DNA from: Chlorobiota bacterium
GTDB taxonomy: Bacteria > Bacteroidota > Ignavibacteria > Kapaibacteriales > NICIL-2
Assembly (NCBI GenBank): GCA_026415505.1
Contig: JAOAGY010000009.1
Span: 71,818 to 135,817 of the forward strand
Direction of reading: 5' to 3'
DNA length: 64,000 nucleotides
Position 1 is the first letter of the stretch, and each line of letters begins with the position of its first letter. Under the pieces are notes generated by a model, which was not told where the DNA came from, did no database searches, and saw only the letters and a list, made by a program, of their open reading frames with translations. The position numbers and the translations under genes were made by a program. Positions 30,793 through 40,495 of the stretch are shown here, piece after piece.

Positions 30793-31767
30793 TCAGCGAA
30801 AACGCTCCTCGATCCAACGCCCGACGCGAGTTGCAAGGTCGTCCGGAATCCAATGTTCACCGTTGAATTCGAGCAGCGTGTAGGGAATCTCTGCCCGCCG
30901 GTACATGTCGGCGATGAGCCATCCTGTTTGGATCGGCACGATTGGATCGCTTCGACCGTGAACATGGAGTATCTCGATGCCATAACGACGAACGCCATCG
31001 AGCCGATCGGCAATGCCTCCCCAACTGTAGTAGCTCGGTGCAAGCAACACTGCAGCACGAAAACGTTCCGGATAGCGCGACACGAGTACCTGCGCGTAGA
31101 ATCCACCTTGCGAAAAACCGACAACGACGGGAAGCGACGCACGGACGACTGGAAGCGATCGTTCGGCATCGTCGAGCACGCTCATATACCATCGTGCCGA
31201 CAGTTCGACGATCGTCGGATTCATCGTGTCGGGCGCAGCTAAATCCTCACCGGCGGCTGACAATCGCAAGCGTCCTTGGGCGATCGTTTCGGCGACCTTG
31301 ACGTAAGGCGCTTCGGGACAAACGACAATTGCCCGCTTCAAACCGAGTGCTTTCGCCCAGCGGAGCATCATGACCGGCTCGTTGCCGTTGCCGTGGAGCA
31401 ACAGTACGAGATGATAGCGCTGGAGCGAATCGAATTGCGGCGGATACAACACGCGGTAGCGACCGATGCGTTCTTGGCGAGCGAACCGCGCGGGGTACTG
31501 AGATTGCTCACGAGCATTCGCCTCGATCCGTTCAGCGATCGCTCGTCCCCGTCCATTTCTGCAGAGCGGCGCCAGTGTCGAATCGAGTGCGATGGCAGTG
31601 CTGCCGCCGAAGCCGGCTGCTGCTGCGCTCGCCAGCGCGTCGAGCGCAGCCTCGTGTTGATTACGCTGAGCGAGCAATTTGCTCAAGGTTACAAGAGCCG
31701 TTGTGTCTCGCGGATTTGCTGATGTCCACAGCCGTAGATAGACGAGCGCCGAATCGCTGTTTCCCAT
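30793..31767 (-). CDS. alpha/beta-hydrolase fold esterase (phospholipase/carboxylesterase-like), probably secreted
   Basis: Nucleophile elbow GFSQGG, a hydrolase-fold C-terminal half, and a TPR-like N-terminal region. The start is uncertain: ATG at 31767 (MGNSD...), GTG at 31812, or further upstream. The upstream in-frame sequence encodes a signal-peptide-like segment that abuts or overlaps tRNA-Leu (see findings). Confidence 0.55.
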   Translation of the reverse strand: MGNSDSALVYLRLWTSANPRDTTALVTLSKLLAQRNQHEAALDALASAAAAGFGGSTAIALDSTLAPLCRNGRGRAIAERIEANAREQSQYPARFARQERIGRYRVLYPPQFDSLQRYHLVLLLHGNGNEPVMMLRWAKALGLKRAIVVCPEAPYVKVAETIAQGRLRLSAAGEDLAAPDTMNPTIVELSARWYMSVLDDAERSLPVVRASLPVVVGFSQGGFYAQVLVSRYPERFRAAVLLAPSYYSWGGIADRLDGVRRYGIEILHVHGRSDPIVPIQTGWLIADMYRRAEIPYTLLEFNGEHWIPDDLATRVGRWIEERFR

Positions 31768-31878
31768 TTTGAGGAATGCGTCAGCTCGTTCGCGCGCGGT
31801 GCTGGTTGCCACCAGCGTCTGAGGAATGCGCTGGAGCGTTTGCGCACCGAGCGATGCTGCAAAGGCACAAACGAAGAG

Positions 31879-31962
31879 TGCCCGGAACAGGAGTCGAACC
31901 TGCACGTCCTTACGGACACTACACCCTGAATGTAGCGCGTCTGCCAATTCCGCCATCCGGGC
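31879..31962 (-). tRNA. tRNA-Leu (anticodon CAG), 84 nt with long variable arm
   Basis: The minus-strand sequence GCCCGGATGGCGGAATTGGCAGACGCGCTACATTCAGGGTGTAGTGTCCGTAAGGACGTGCAGGTTCGACTCCTGTTCCGGGCA folds as a cloverleaf. Acceptor GCCCGGA/TCCGGGC, anticodon loop TTCAGGG, T-arm GGTTCGACTCC. No encoded CCA. Confidence 0.85.
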
Positions 31963-31972
31963 ACGCATCATG

Positions 31973-32062
<90 letters not shown>

Positions 32063-32097
32063 GTGGGATGCAAAAATACGAGGGACAAGAGAGCTTT

Positions 32098-33387
32098 TCA
32101 GCGAAGAACTTCCCAGTGCAGTTGACGTCGCAGTGTCGCGACGAGCCGTTCGTAGGCTTGTTGCTGCTTGATCGTGAGCGCGAAGTTTTCCAGCTCCTTG
32201 TAATCGGTTTCGAGTGTCGGTTTGTGTGGCGGTATGCTGCGTTTTTTCCAGATGATGTGGAAGCCTTGCTTGGTCGGGTTCGTCGAATACGGGAGCGGCG
32301 ATGTCACCGCCCCATCGGCGAGCGTGTCGAGCAGTTGCTGCAACGTCGGTTCCAAGTTCGATGCAGCGAGTTTGCCGAGGTATCCGCCGAATCCACGAGT
32401 GTCCTGTTCGTCCGAGTACATGCGGGCTGCATCCTCGAAGCCGATTTCTCCGTTGACGATGCGCTGGCGCAATCGCTCAAGGTCAGTGCGAGCACGATCA
32501 CGATCGCTTTCGCCACGTGGAATGCTGACAAGGATATGGTTGACGTGTATCTGATCGAGCGTTCGTTCCAGCATACGCACGATGTGGAAGCCGAATGGTG
32601 TTTCGATCGGCATCGAAATTTCGCCGTTTTGGAGCTTCTTGCACGCCGAACAGAACTCAGGGACAAAATCGTCGCATTTCCGCATACCGAGATCGCCGCA
32701 CGTTGCACGTGTGTTTGCATCGTCCGAATGACGCGCCGCCATGGCACAGAAATCCGCACCTGCCAAGATCGAGTCGCGGATCGATTTGGCACGCAGGAGC
32801 GCTGTTTGACGTGCATCCTGTGCGGGCTGGACATAGCGAACGATGTGATACAGTTCGTACTGCTTGCCGATGACCGGTAGCGAATCCTTGTACCGCTGGT
32901 AGAGTTCTTCGACCTCGCGCGGCGAGACACGGATATCGCCGAGCTTCGACTGGCGGTATCGCTCCGTCAACAGACGCTTGCGAATTTCTTCGCGTCCATC
33001 GCGACGGATTTTCCACATCGGCATCTGATAAATGTTCTCCAATCGCTCCTCTGAGCCAACTTGACTGACGAGCTGTTGAATCGTCGCATCAAGCTGGGCA
33101 GTCACCTCGTCGTCGCTGACGCTAATGCTATCGAGCTGTGCTTGCACGTACATGAGCCGATCGTTGATGAGAGCATCGAGCACACGCTGGCGCACATCGG
33201 GATCGGTCGGTTTGATCGTTGGGTTCTGCTGCGCCAGCAACAACAGTTGTGCATCGACTTCGCTTTTGAGGATCGGCTCGCCCGCAGCAACTGCTTCAAC
33301 GCGGTCGAGCACGTCACCTTCGTGAAGGATGCTCTGCTGTGCCGCCAGCGACACAACCACGACAAGCGCCAGTGCGATTGCTCGCAT
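32098..33387 (-). CDS. SurA-like periplasmic chaperone / parvulin-type peptidyl-prolyl cis-trans isomerase
   Basis: Signal peptide (MRAIALALVVVVSLAAQ), SurA N-terminal chaperone-like region and a parvulin PPIase domain (...GDLGMRKCDDFVPEF...FGFHIVRML). ATG at 33385-33387 overlaps the upstream gene's stop (ATGA). Confidence 0.75.
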   Translation of the reverse strand: MRAIALALVVVVSLAAQQSILHEGDVLDRVEAVAAGEPILKSEVDAQLLLLAQQNPTIKPTDPDVRQRVLDALINDRLMYVQAQLDSISVSDDEVTAQLDATIQQLVSQVGSEERLENIYQMPMWKIRRDGREEIRKRLLTERYRQSKLGDIRVSPREVEELYQRYKDSLPVIGKQYELYHIVRYVQPAQDARQTALLRAKSIRDSILAGADFCAMAARHSDDANTRATCGDLGMRKCDDFVPEFCSACKKLQNGEISMPIETPFGFHIVRMLERTLDQIHVNHILVSIPRGESDRDRARTDLERLRQRIVNGEIGFEDAARMYSDEQDTRGFGGYLGKLAASNLEPTLQQLLDTLADGAVTSPLPYSTNPTKQGFHIIWKKRSIPPHKPTLETDYKELENFALTIKQQQAYERLVATLRRQLHWEVLR

Positions 33388-35456
33388 CACGGTCGGAAGA
33401 GTTTGTTGATGGTTGCAGTCTCGTAGCGGACCGGGAAGCGTGTCCGTAACGATGTCAACCACTGCTCGGTCAACTGGCGTTGTTTGATTTCCTGCACAGC
33501 GGAGGCGATGTCGGCAATGGCTTCCTCGAATGTTTTCTGCCTCGGCGGGTAGATCGCATTGACCCGGACGATAGCATATCCTTTCTCGAACGGCAGAGGA
33601 CCGACGATGTCGCCTTCTTTCGGGGTTGACTTGGCAACGAGCGACGCCAACTGCGATGTCCGCACGACAAGCTTGCCCCAGTATCCTTTTTTCTCGCGAT
33701 AGCCGGCACGTTGAGTGAACTCTTCAGCGAGTTTTTCGAAGTCCTCTTTCGTATGTGTTTGCCGCGCACGCTCGGCGACCACTTTTGCGACACTGTCGCT
33801 GAGCAGGTAAATCTCGCTCAGGTCGTAGCTCAACTCGGTCATGTAGCGCGATTTTGTCGAGTCGTAGTATGCTCTGGCAAGCGTCGTATCGAATTTGAGT
33901 TTCGACCAGACCTCCTGATCTTCGACCTTGAACAAAAGTATGCCGTCGCGGAACTCCCGCACAAGCCGCGCGAACTGTGGATACTCATGTTCGAGATTGG
34001 CTGTCAAACGCTCGATGATCATCGGATCGGTAATCTTGTTGAGTGCCGTCGTCAAGCCTTGTCGGTTGAGTGTGTACGGTTCGCGCCGTTTCTTGAGCGA
34101 GTCGGCAAACGCACCGACCGTCAGTCCGCCCGTTGCGCCGAACGAATAGATCACTTCTGTTTTCAACACCGCTCCGATACCGGCATCCCAAGCACTATCG
34201 CGCGTGGTGCGGGAGGGATTGACTGCTGCGAGCACTTGGTCGAGCACATTCTCGCGCAATGCCCAGCCGAGCCGTCGCTTTTCGGCATCGAGGAATGCAC
34301 GTTTGTCGTCTTCGAAATTGTATCGGCGGTATGCCTTCCGAACGTTCTCCCGTTCTTCGACAGGATTGAATGGCTTCGTCGAATCGCGCCGTATCACGTG
34401 GACGCCATAGACCGTTCGCGCAATGCCGATTTCACCATCCCGCAACGAGAAGAGGACGTCTTCGAATTGCGGCAATAGGCGGCGGTTGTCGCCATCGAAC
34501 CCAAGCGATCGACTGTAGAAACCGCCATTGCCGAGCAATCCACCCTTGTCTGCAGAGGACTTGTCGCTCGACCAGCGGCGAGCAGCAGCAGCGAACTCCT
34601 CGGCTGTTTTGCCTTTGAGTGCTGCAGCCAGACTATCAGCCAGATGTTCGATTGCCATCGAGTCGAGCGTCTCCGTCGGGGTCAGCAGAATGTGTCGAAT
34701 GCGTACCAACTCGCGCGGCTTTTTGTCGAGCAGTTTGACGATGAGATACACAAATCGTGTGCGAATCGGTTGCGGATAGACTTGACCCGGCTGGAGCGCA
34801 TATGCTGCATCTTCCAGCTCACGAATGACTCCGGACAGCGCCGTAATGTACGGCAAGATACCGCCATTCTTGCCGGTTTCTTTGTCGTCGGAAGAATCCT
34901 TTGCCACCTGCTCGAAGGATGCGCCGTTTTGCACCACTCGCAAACACGCCAACGCCTTGGCATACGCAGCAGTGGTGTCGGCATTGTCGCCTTGCGGTAT
35001 CGCAATGACGATGACAGCCGGTTTTACTTCGAACTGACGGCGCCGGAGTTCTTCCTCGACCCGTGGCTCGATGATTCGTTTCTCGTAGAGGTACGTCTCG
35101 GCAACCAGACGCCGATTGGCAGCGACTTCAGCGAGAATGCTCGAATCCTTATCGTAACCGCGGCTGATGGCATCGAGCACCTTGAGCCGATAGTTTGTGT
35201 AGAGCCGGAGAAACTCCAACACCGTATCGCGCGGCTGAGAAGACAAGGATTTGTTGCTCCGGTTCGAGTTGCGCAGATATGTCGCTTCGATGTCTTCATA
35301 GGTGACGACTTCCGGACCGACTCGCGCCAGAACTGTCGTCAGCGACGGTGTCGGAAGGGTTTTCTTGGAATTACCGGCACGGTTATGGCGTGCCGGCTGG
35401 GCATCGAGCACGATGACGACCGAACAGAGGGCGAGAACCAACGATACACTGCGCAT
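33387..35456 (-). CDS. periplasmic peptidyl-prolyl isomerase / chaperone with two parvulin-like domains (PpiD/SurA-like), 689 aa
   Basis: Signal peptide (MRSVSLVLALCSVVIVLDA). Two parvulin-like segments (...GGILPYITALSGVIRELEDAAYALQPGQV... and ...ADKGGLLGNGGFYSRSLGFDGD...IARTVYGVHVIRRD). Confidence 0.7.
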   Translation of the reverse strand: MRSVSLVLALCSVVIVLDAQPARHNRAGNSKKTLPTPSLTTVLARVGPEVVTYEDIEATYLRNSNRSNKSLSSQPRDTVLEFLRLYTNYRLKVLDAISRGYDKDSSILAEVAANRRLVAETYLYEKRIIEPRVEEELRRRQFEVKPAVIVIAIPQGDNADTTAAYAKALACLRVVQNGASFEQVAKDSSDDKETGKNGGILPYITALSGVIRELEDAAYALQPGQVYPQPIRTRFVYLIVKLLDKKPRELVRIRHILLTPTETLDSMAIEHLADSLAAALKGKTAEEFAAAARRWSSDKSSADKGGLLGNGGFYSRSLGFDGDNRRLLPQFEDVLFSLRDGEIGIARTVYGVHVIRRDSTKPFNPVEERENVRKAYRRYNFEDDKRAFLDAEKRRLGWALRENVLDQVLAAVNPSRTTRDSAWDAGIGAVLKTEVIYSFGATGGLTVGAFADSLKKRREPYTLNRQGLTTALNKITDPMIIERLTANLEHEYPQFARLVREFRDGILLFKVEDQEVWSKLKFDTTLARAYYDSTKSRYMTELSYDLSEIYLLSDSVAKVVAERARQTHTKEDFEKLAEEFTQRAGYREKKGYWGKLVVRTSQLASLVAKSTPKEGDIVGPLPFEKGYAIVRVNAIYPPRQKTFEEAIADIASAVQEIKQRQLTEQWLTSLRTRFPVRYETATINKLFRP

Positions 35457-35502
35457 GAAATAGCCTACCGATGAGTGAACATTGCATCAACGAATTACAA
35501 AA

Positions 35503-36861
35503 TTAGACGCCCCCACCGCCAAGCGCCGGATCGTGCAAATACCGTTCAGCCACTCGAACGATATTTCCAGCCCCCATCGTCAACAGCACATCGCCGGAAC
35601 GCAGCAACGAGCCGATTCGACTGAGTACATCGTCGAACGTCGGCGCATAGATGACAGTGCCGTTCATCGAGCACCGAACGATCGTTTCGCCGCTGATACC
35701 ATCGAGAGGTTGTTCACGAGCGGCATAGACATCGGTGACGATAGCCACATCGGCTCGTTCGAGCTCGTCGGCAAACGCTCTGGCAAAATCGCGGGTGCGG
35801 GTGTAGGTGTGAGGCTGGAACACCGCAACGATCCGACGATCGGGGAATGCCTGACGAGCTGCCTGCAACGTCGCACGCACTTCGGTCGGATGATGCGCAT
35901 AATCGTCCACGACAACGATGCCCGCTCGCTCTCCGAGAATGTGGAACCGACGCGCGACGCCGGTAAAGCTCGACAGCGCGCGCTGCATCGTTTCAAAGGG
36001 GACATCGAGTTCCAAACCGACAGCGATTGCAGCAAGCGCGTTGGCGATGTTGTGCCGACCCGGAATGCGCAGTCGTAACGAACCGAGTCGCTCACCGCGC
36101 CAGACGACATCGGCACCGCTGCTGCTCGGTATCGCCCGCAGATCGCATCCTTCTCCAAATCCGTAGCTGACGATACGGTGCGGCAATCGCGCCGCAACTC
36201 GGCGACAACCGGGATCGTCTCCACAGACGATGACTGTGCCCAGCAACGAAACTCGATTTCCGAACTCGACGAACGCTTCCTCGACGGCATCGGCAGTACC
36301 GTACACGTCCAAGTGCTCAGCTTCGACGTTGGTAATGACAGCAACCGTCGGAGTCAATTGCAGAAAGGAACGATCGTATTCGTCAGCTTCGACGACGAAC
36401 CATTCGCCGGTACCGATACGCGCATTGGAACCACCGAAATCGTGGAGTCTGCCGCCCACGATAACGGTGGGATCGTATCCAGCTTCGATCAGAATCAGTC
36501 CACACAGTGACGTTGTCGTCGTTTTCCCGTGCGTTCCAGCGATCGCGAGCGATTTACCGAGCCGTGTTACGTGCGCCAACAGCTCAGCGCGTCGCAACAA
36601 CGGAATGCCGCGTCGGCGAGCTTCGAGCGTTTCGGGATTTGTCTCCGCAACGACTGCGCTCGAATACACCACAATGTCGGCATCACCGATGTTGTCGGCA
36701 CGATGCCCGATCGTGACCGGGATACCGCGATCGGCGAGCAACCGCGTGTTTTCCGATACCGTCATGTCGGACCCTGTCACGATGAATCCACGCGCGTGGA
36801 CCACTTCAGCCAAACCGCTCATGCCAATGCCGCCGATACCGACGAAGTGAATGTGTTTCAT
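35503..36861 (-). CDS. murC: UDP-N-acetylmuramate--L-alanine ligase MurC
   Basis: HFVGIGGIGMSGLAE Rossmann N-terminus, Mur ligase P-loop GTHGKTTTT, and DEYDRSF. ATG at 36859-36861 (MKHIHFVGIGG...) within a longer ORF. Confidence 0.9.
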   Translation of the reverse strand: MKHIHFVGIGGIGMSGLAEVVHARGFIVTGSDMTVSENTRLLADRGIPVTIGHRADNIGDADIVVYSSAVVAETNPETLEARRRGIPLLRRAELLAHVTRLGKSLAIAGTHGKTTTTSLCGLILIEAGYDPTVIVGGRLHDFGGSNARIGTGEWFVVEADEYDRSFLQLTPTVAVITNVEAEHLDVYGTADAVEEAFVEFGNRVSLLGTVIVCGDDPGCRRVAARLPHRIVSYGFGEGCDLRAIPSSSGADVVWRGERLGSLRLRIPGRHNIANALAAIAVGLELDVPFETMQRALSSFTGVARRFHILGERAGIVVVDDYAHHPTEVRATLQAARQAFPDRRIVAVFQPHTYTRTRDFARAFADELERADVAIVTDVYAAREQPLDGISGETIVRCSMNGTVIYAPTFDDVLSRIGSLLRSGDVLLTMGAGNIVRVAERYLHDPALGGGGV

Positions 36862-36872
36862 GCCGTGTGCAA

Positions 36873-38717
36873 TCAAGAAGTACGACCGAAACGACGATCG
36901 AGCTCGCGCAACGGGAAATGAATCATCACTGGACGTCCGTGCGGGCAAACCTCCGGTGTACGACAACGGAATAACTCGGCAACGAGTTCTTGCATCTGTG
37001 CCGGCGAGAGAGGGTCGCCCGCTTTGATAGCAGCACGACAACCAAACGATGCAGCCAAATTGTCTCGCGCCGATGCTGGTCGGATCGTCTGATACTCGGC
37101 ATATTGATCGAGGATTTCACGGAGCGATTCAGCTTCTTTGCCTGAGGCAATTTCGATCGGTACGGCGGCGATTTCGACCGTCGAGCGCCCTTGCACAAGC
37201 CGACACTCGTAGCCCAACCGATGGAGATCATGCTCGACTTCACGAAAGATCGCCAGTTCGCGTGCCGTCAGTTCCACTTCGACCGGGAACATCAACCGCT
37301 GGGTTCGTTCGGGAGTCGCCCGCTCCATCGCATCGAGCGCGCGTTCATAGAGAATGCGCTCGTGGGCGATGTGTTGATCAATGATGACGATGCCGTCGTC
37401 GGTCTGCACGAAGATGTACTTGTTGTGCATTTGCCACATGCGAGGGAGCACATGAGGCTCTACCGTCCGTTGCTCCAGCTCGTTGGTTACTGGCCGATTG
37501 TACAGCGACGGGAGATGCTCGCTTGTTGCAGTCCGCCACCGCAGCGGTTCAGTCCGGAGCGATTGATTCGACGGCAACCGACTCTGCTTGGTCGCAGGTT
37601 GCTGCAGCGAAACAATCTCCCCCGTCAGCCTGTTGACGAGCAGTGGCTGCGGATTCGTTGCGGACTGTGCAGAAACGAGCGGCGCAACGGACTCAGCCTC
37701 TCGGACTCGAAGGTGCGGGATCAAGTCGTGTTCTCGCATACTGCCGAGCACTGCCTCGAGCATCGCATGGTACATCGCACGCTCGTCGTCGAATTTCACC
37801 TCGTGCTTCTGCGGATGAACGTTGACATCGACTCGCTCTGGATCGAGCCACAGAAACAGCACATAGAACGGGTGGGCTGACTTCTCGATGAGGTGTTCGT
37901 ACCCTTGATAAATCGCATGGTTCAATGCTCGGTTGACGATCGGACGATGATTCAAGAACAGATACTGCGAAGCTTTTGTCGTGCGGGCGAGCGCGGGCAA
38001 TCCGATGTATCCTTCGATGCGGACGAGGTCACTGGTGTAATCCACCGGAACGAGAGACTCGGCGATGTCTGCTCCAAAGAGACTGTCGATCCGTTCGAGC
38101 AACGATTGTGGTTGCACATCGAAGACCATACTATTGCCATCGTGAAACTTCCACGACAGCTCCGGATAGCTCAAGCCGTAGCGAATCATCGTTTCGCTGA
38201 TATAGCGCAGTTCGGTTGTATCGGATCGGAGAAACTTGCGCCGCGCTGGGACGTCGAAAAACAGATTGCGAACGATGACCTGTGTGCCGGCGCTACAGTC
38301 TGCTGGCTCGATTCGGTGGGGCTTCAACGGTTGGCTGATCAAACGCCAACCGTGCTCGTCGTTGGAACGCCGGGTGATAATCTCGACATCAGCAACAGAG
38401 GCAATTGAAGCGAGCGCTTCTCCGCGGAAACCCAGTGTGCGCAGCCTATGAAGGTCGTCGAGCGATCGAATTTTAGATGTCGCGTGCCGGCGAAGCACCA
38501 ACTCCAGATCGGCGCGGCTCATTCCGCAGCCGTTGTCGAGAACATGGACGAGCGCTTTGCCTCCTTCACGCACGAACACTGTTATCGTGCTACTTCCCGC
38601 ATCGAGAGCGTTTTCGACCAGCTCCTTGACGACCGATTCCGGACGCTGGACGACCTCGCCTGCGGCGATTTGATTAGCGATGTGCTCGGGCAAGATGTGA
38701 ATGAGCGGCTCATCCAT
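36873..38717 (-). CDS. mutL: DNA mismatch repair protein MutL
   Basis: GHKL ATPase N-terminus (IAAGEVVQRPESVVKELVENALDAGS, DNGCGM, GFRGEALASI) and a C-terminal dimerisation domain. Confidence 0.9.
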   Translation of the reverse strand: MDEPLIHILPEHIANQIAAGEVVQRPESVVKELVENALDAGSSTITVFVREGGKALVHVLDNGCGMSRADLELVLRRHATSKIRSLDDLHRLRTLGFRGEALASIASVADVEIITRRSNDEHGWRLISQPLKPHRIEPADCSAGTQVIVRNLFFDVPARRKFLRSDTTELRYISETMIRYGLSYPELSWKFHDGNSMVFDVQPQSLLERIDSLFGADIAESLVPVDYTSDLVRIEGYIGLPALARTTKASQYLFLNHRPIVNRALNHAIYQGYEHLIEKSAHPFYVLFLWLDPERVDVNVHPQKHEVKFDDERAMYHAMLEAVLGSMREHDLIPHLRVREAESVAPLVSAQSATNPQPLLVNRLTGEIVSLQQPATKQSRLPSNQSLRTEPLRWRTATSEHLPSLYNRPVTNELEQRTVEPHVLPRMWQMHNKYIFVQTDDGIVIIDQHIAHERILYERALDAMERATPERTQRLMFPVEVELTARELAIFREVEHDLHRLGYECRLVQGRSTVEIAAVPIEIASGKEAESLREILDQYAEYQTIRPASARDNLAASFGCRAAIKAGDPLSPAQMQELVAELFRCRTPEVCPHGRPVMIHFPLRELDRRFGRTS

Positions 38718-38791
38718 TGAAATCGTCAGCGATACTGTAGCTTTGAATGGAGTAGCAATCGAAGCGAAAATACACCGATTTCCCGACCTCT

Positions 38792-39175
38792 ATGCTCGAT
38801 TTTTTGACCGATCAACTCTTGCTGAAACGCGGATTCTACGATGAAAGCGGGCGACCACGTCTGACGACTGGGACGATCGTCTTCGGTGCGCTGCTCCGCT
38901 CGTTGGCGGTCATCATTGTGGGATTCGTCGTTTGGCACTATGGCGGCGTCGAACTCTCGATTCCGATCTCGCTGGCATTGCTCTGGGGCTATGCCGTGTA
39001 TCCAGCGTATCGGCAATTTGTCGTGTTCAGCGAAGTATCCGACGTCATCAAAGAAGAAATCCTCTGTAGCAGTTGCCGCCATTTCAACCCCAGCGGACAA
39101 TTCTGCCAGCTTTACGACGAGCACGTTCGCCCCGATCACATTCCCTGCGGGGGCGACGATTGGGAACCGTCATAA
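38792..39175 (+). CDS. small hypothetical membrane protein with C-terminal 4-Cys (zinc-ribbon-like) motif
   Basis: Two hydrophobic helices (TIVFGALLRSLAVIIVGFVVW, ISLALLWGYAVYPAY), then CSSC-x13-C-x17-C. No family recognised. Confidence 0.35.
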   Translation: MLDFLTDQLLLKRGFYDESGRPRLTTGTIVFGALLRSLAVIIVGFVVWHYGGVELSIPISLALLWGYAVYPAYRQFVVFSEVSDVIKEEILCSSCRHFNPSGQFCQLYDEHVRPDHIPCGGDDWEPS

Positions 39176-40495
39176 CTGCTCGACCGCAGCGAGACGATAC
39201 CGCCCATCGTCGGTGATCTCGAATCTGAAGCGTTTATGGACAGCGTTGGTGTAATACCACGCTTCAGTACCAGCTTTGCCCGGCTCGAGATTCGTTTCGA
39301 CACGCGTCGGTTCACCGAAGAGGATGTACACCTTGCCACGATCGGTGAGGGCACCGTCGGCTTCTCGTGGTGTGGCGAATTTTGTTCGCGCATCGGTTGC
39401 GCGACGGAAATATTCGATCATCGCTTCGTTGTACCGTGTCGCAGGTGTCGGATCGTGCGCAGACCACCATGCGATCAGTGCAGCCGTGCGATCGCTATCA
39501 GGTAGTGCTTGAAGCGTGCGGTACTCATCGTCGGTGAGGACATACTGCATGACATCGAGACCATAACGGCTCGACAACAAAGGCAGCGGTGGCATAAACC
39601 ACTGGACACGAAACGGTATCGTCACTGTATCTGCAGTCGCAGCTCTGATGAGTTGGAGTCGGTAATCCCCCGGAATTGCACGCCGGAGATCGAGATCGCA
39701 CTCGAGAAGACGATACTGGTCGTTCGGCAACTGCTGCAAGCAGACGTGCTCGTCAGCGAGATTCGGTACGACAAGAACAAATCTGCGCTCGCCGTCCGAC
39801 ACAGCAGGAAGTGTCACTACCGTATCGGAACCTCGATAGAACGGGAAATACTGGCGGTCCAAACTACAAACAATTTTCAGTTCGTCGCGACCCGACCATG
39901 CTCGAGGCACAAGCACGAGCGCAGTCGTGCGCCGTGTGCCAAACGGGACAACGCTACCCCACGGTTCGACACAATCGAATCGCTCTTTGGTCGTGGGATA
40001 AACGAACGTAAGAGAGTTGATCGCGATGGATTCAGCCAGAGACTCGACAGTCAGCGTTCGTTGCCAGAGCATACGCTGGCGCTGATACTGCGCGACATCT
40101 ACGCTCAGTGTGTACCGACCGTTGGCAATGGTCACGATAGCTGTATTGGCGACTGCATCCTCTGCCTGGCGGGAAGGTTGTCGTGGGCGGACGATACTAT
40201 CGCTGAAGACACGTGCTAAGCGAACGACTCCCAACGTATCGCGCAGTTCGATCGTCACGACGTACGAAGCGACGTACTCGGTGCGAGCACCTTCGCGTCG
40301 GGTAAAGAACAAATCGCCCGCATACAGTCGGTAGCCAATGATGCAAATGCTCGAATCGGGCGACTGGGCGGGGTAGGCATGGAATATGCCGGTGAGATTG
40401 TTGACCACTGGCAACGCTGCCTGCGCAATCCGACGATCTCTCGGCTGTGCCAAGACAATCGAAGCAATCGCAGTCGTCAACAGTACCCACTTCAT
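39170..40495 (-). CDS. GWxTD domain-containing secreted protein
   Basis: Signal peptide MKWVLLTTAIASIVLAQP. The C-terminal region (...ALIAWWSAHDPTP...YFRRATDARTKFATP...GALTDRGKVYILFGEPTRVE...EAWYY) matches the GWxTD domain seen in Bacteroidota/Ignavibacteria-type proteins. Confidence 0.55.
   Translation of the reverse strand: MKWVLLTTAIASIVLAQPRDRRIAQAALPVVNNLTGIFHAYPAQSPDSSICIIGYRLYAGDLFFTRREGARTEYVASYVVTIELRDTLGVVRLARVFSDSIVRPRQPSRQAEDAVANTAIVTIANGRYTLSVDVAQYQRQRMLWQRTLTVESLAESIAINSLTFVYPTTKERFDCVEPWGSVVPFGTRRTTALVLVPRAWSGRDELKIVCSLDRQYFPFYRGSDTVVTLPAVSDGERRFVLVVPNLADEHVCLQQLPNDQYRLLECDLDLRRAIPGDYRLQLIRAATADTVTIPFRVQWFMPPLPLLSSRYGLDVMQYVLTDDEYRTLQALPDSDRTAALIAWWSAHDPTPATRYNEAMIEYFRRATDARTKFATPREADGALTDRGKVYILFGEPTRVETNLEPGKAGTEAWYYTNAVHKRFRFEITDDGRYRLAAVEQL

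Noticed and set aside
31689-31964. ORF MPGWRNWQTR... (91 aa) on the minus strand
   Set aside because: The WRNWQTR peptide is the well-known spurious translation of a tRNA-Leu D-arm/anticodon region. The ORF is the tRNA-Leu gene read as protein.
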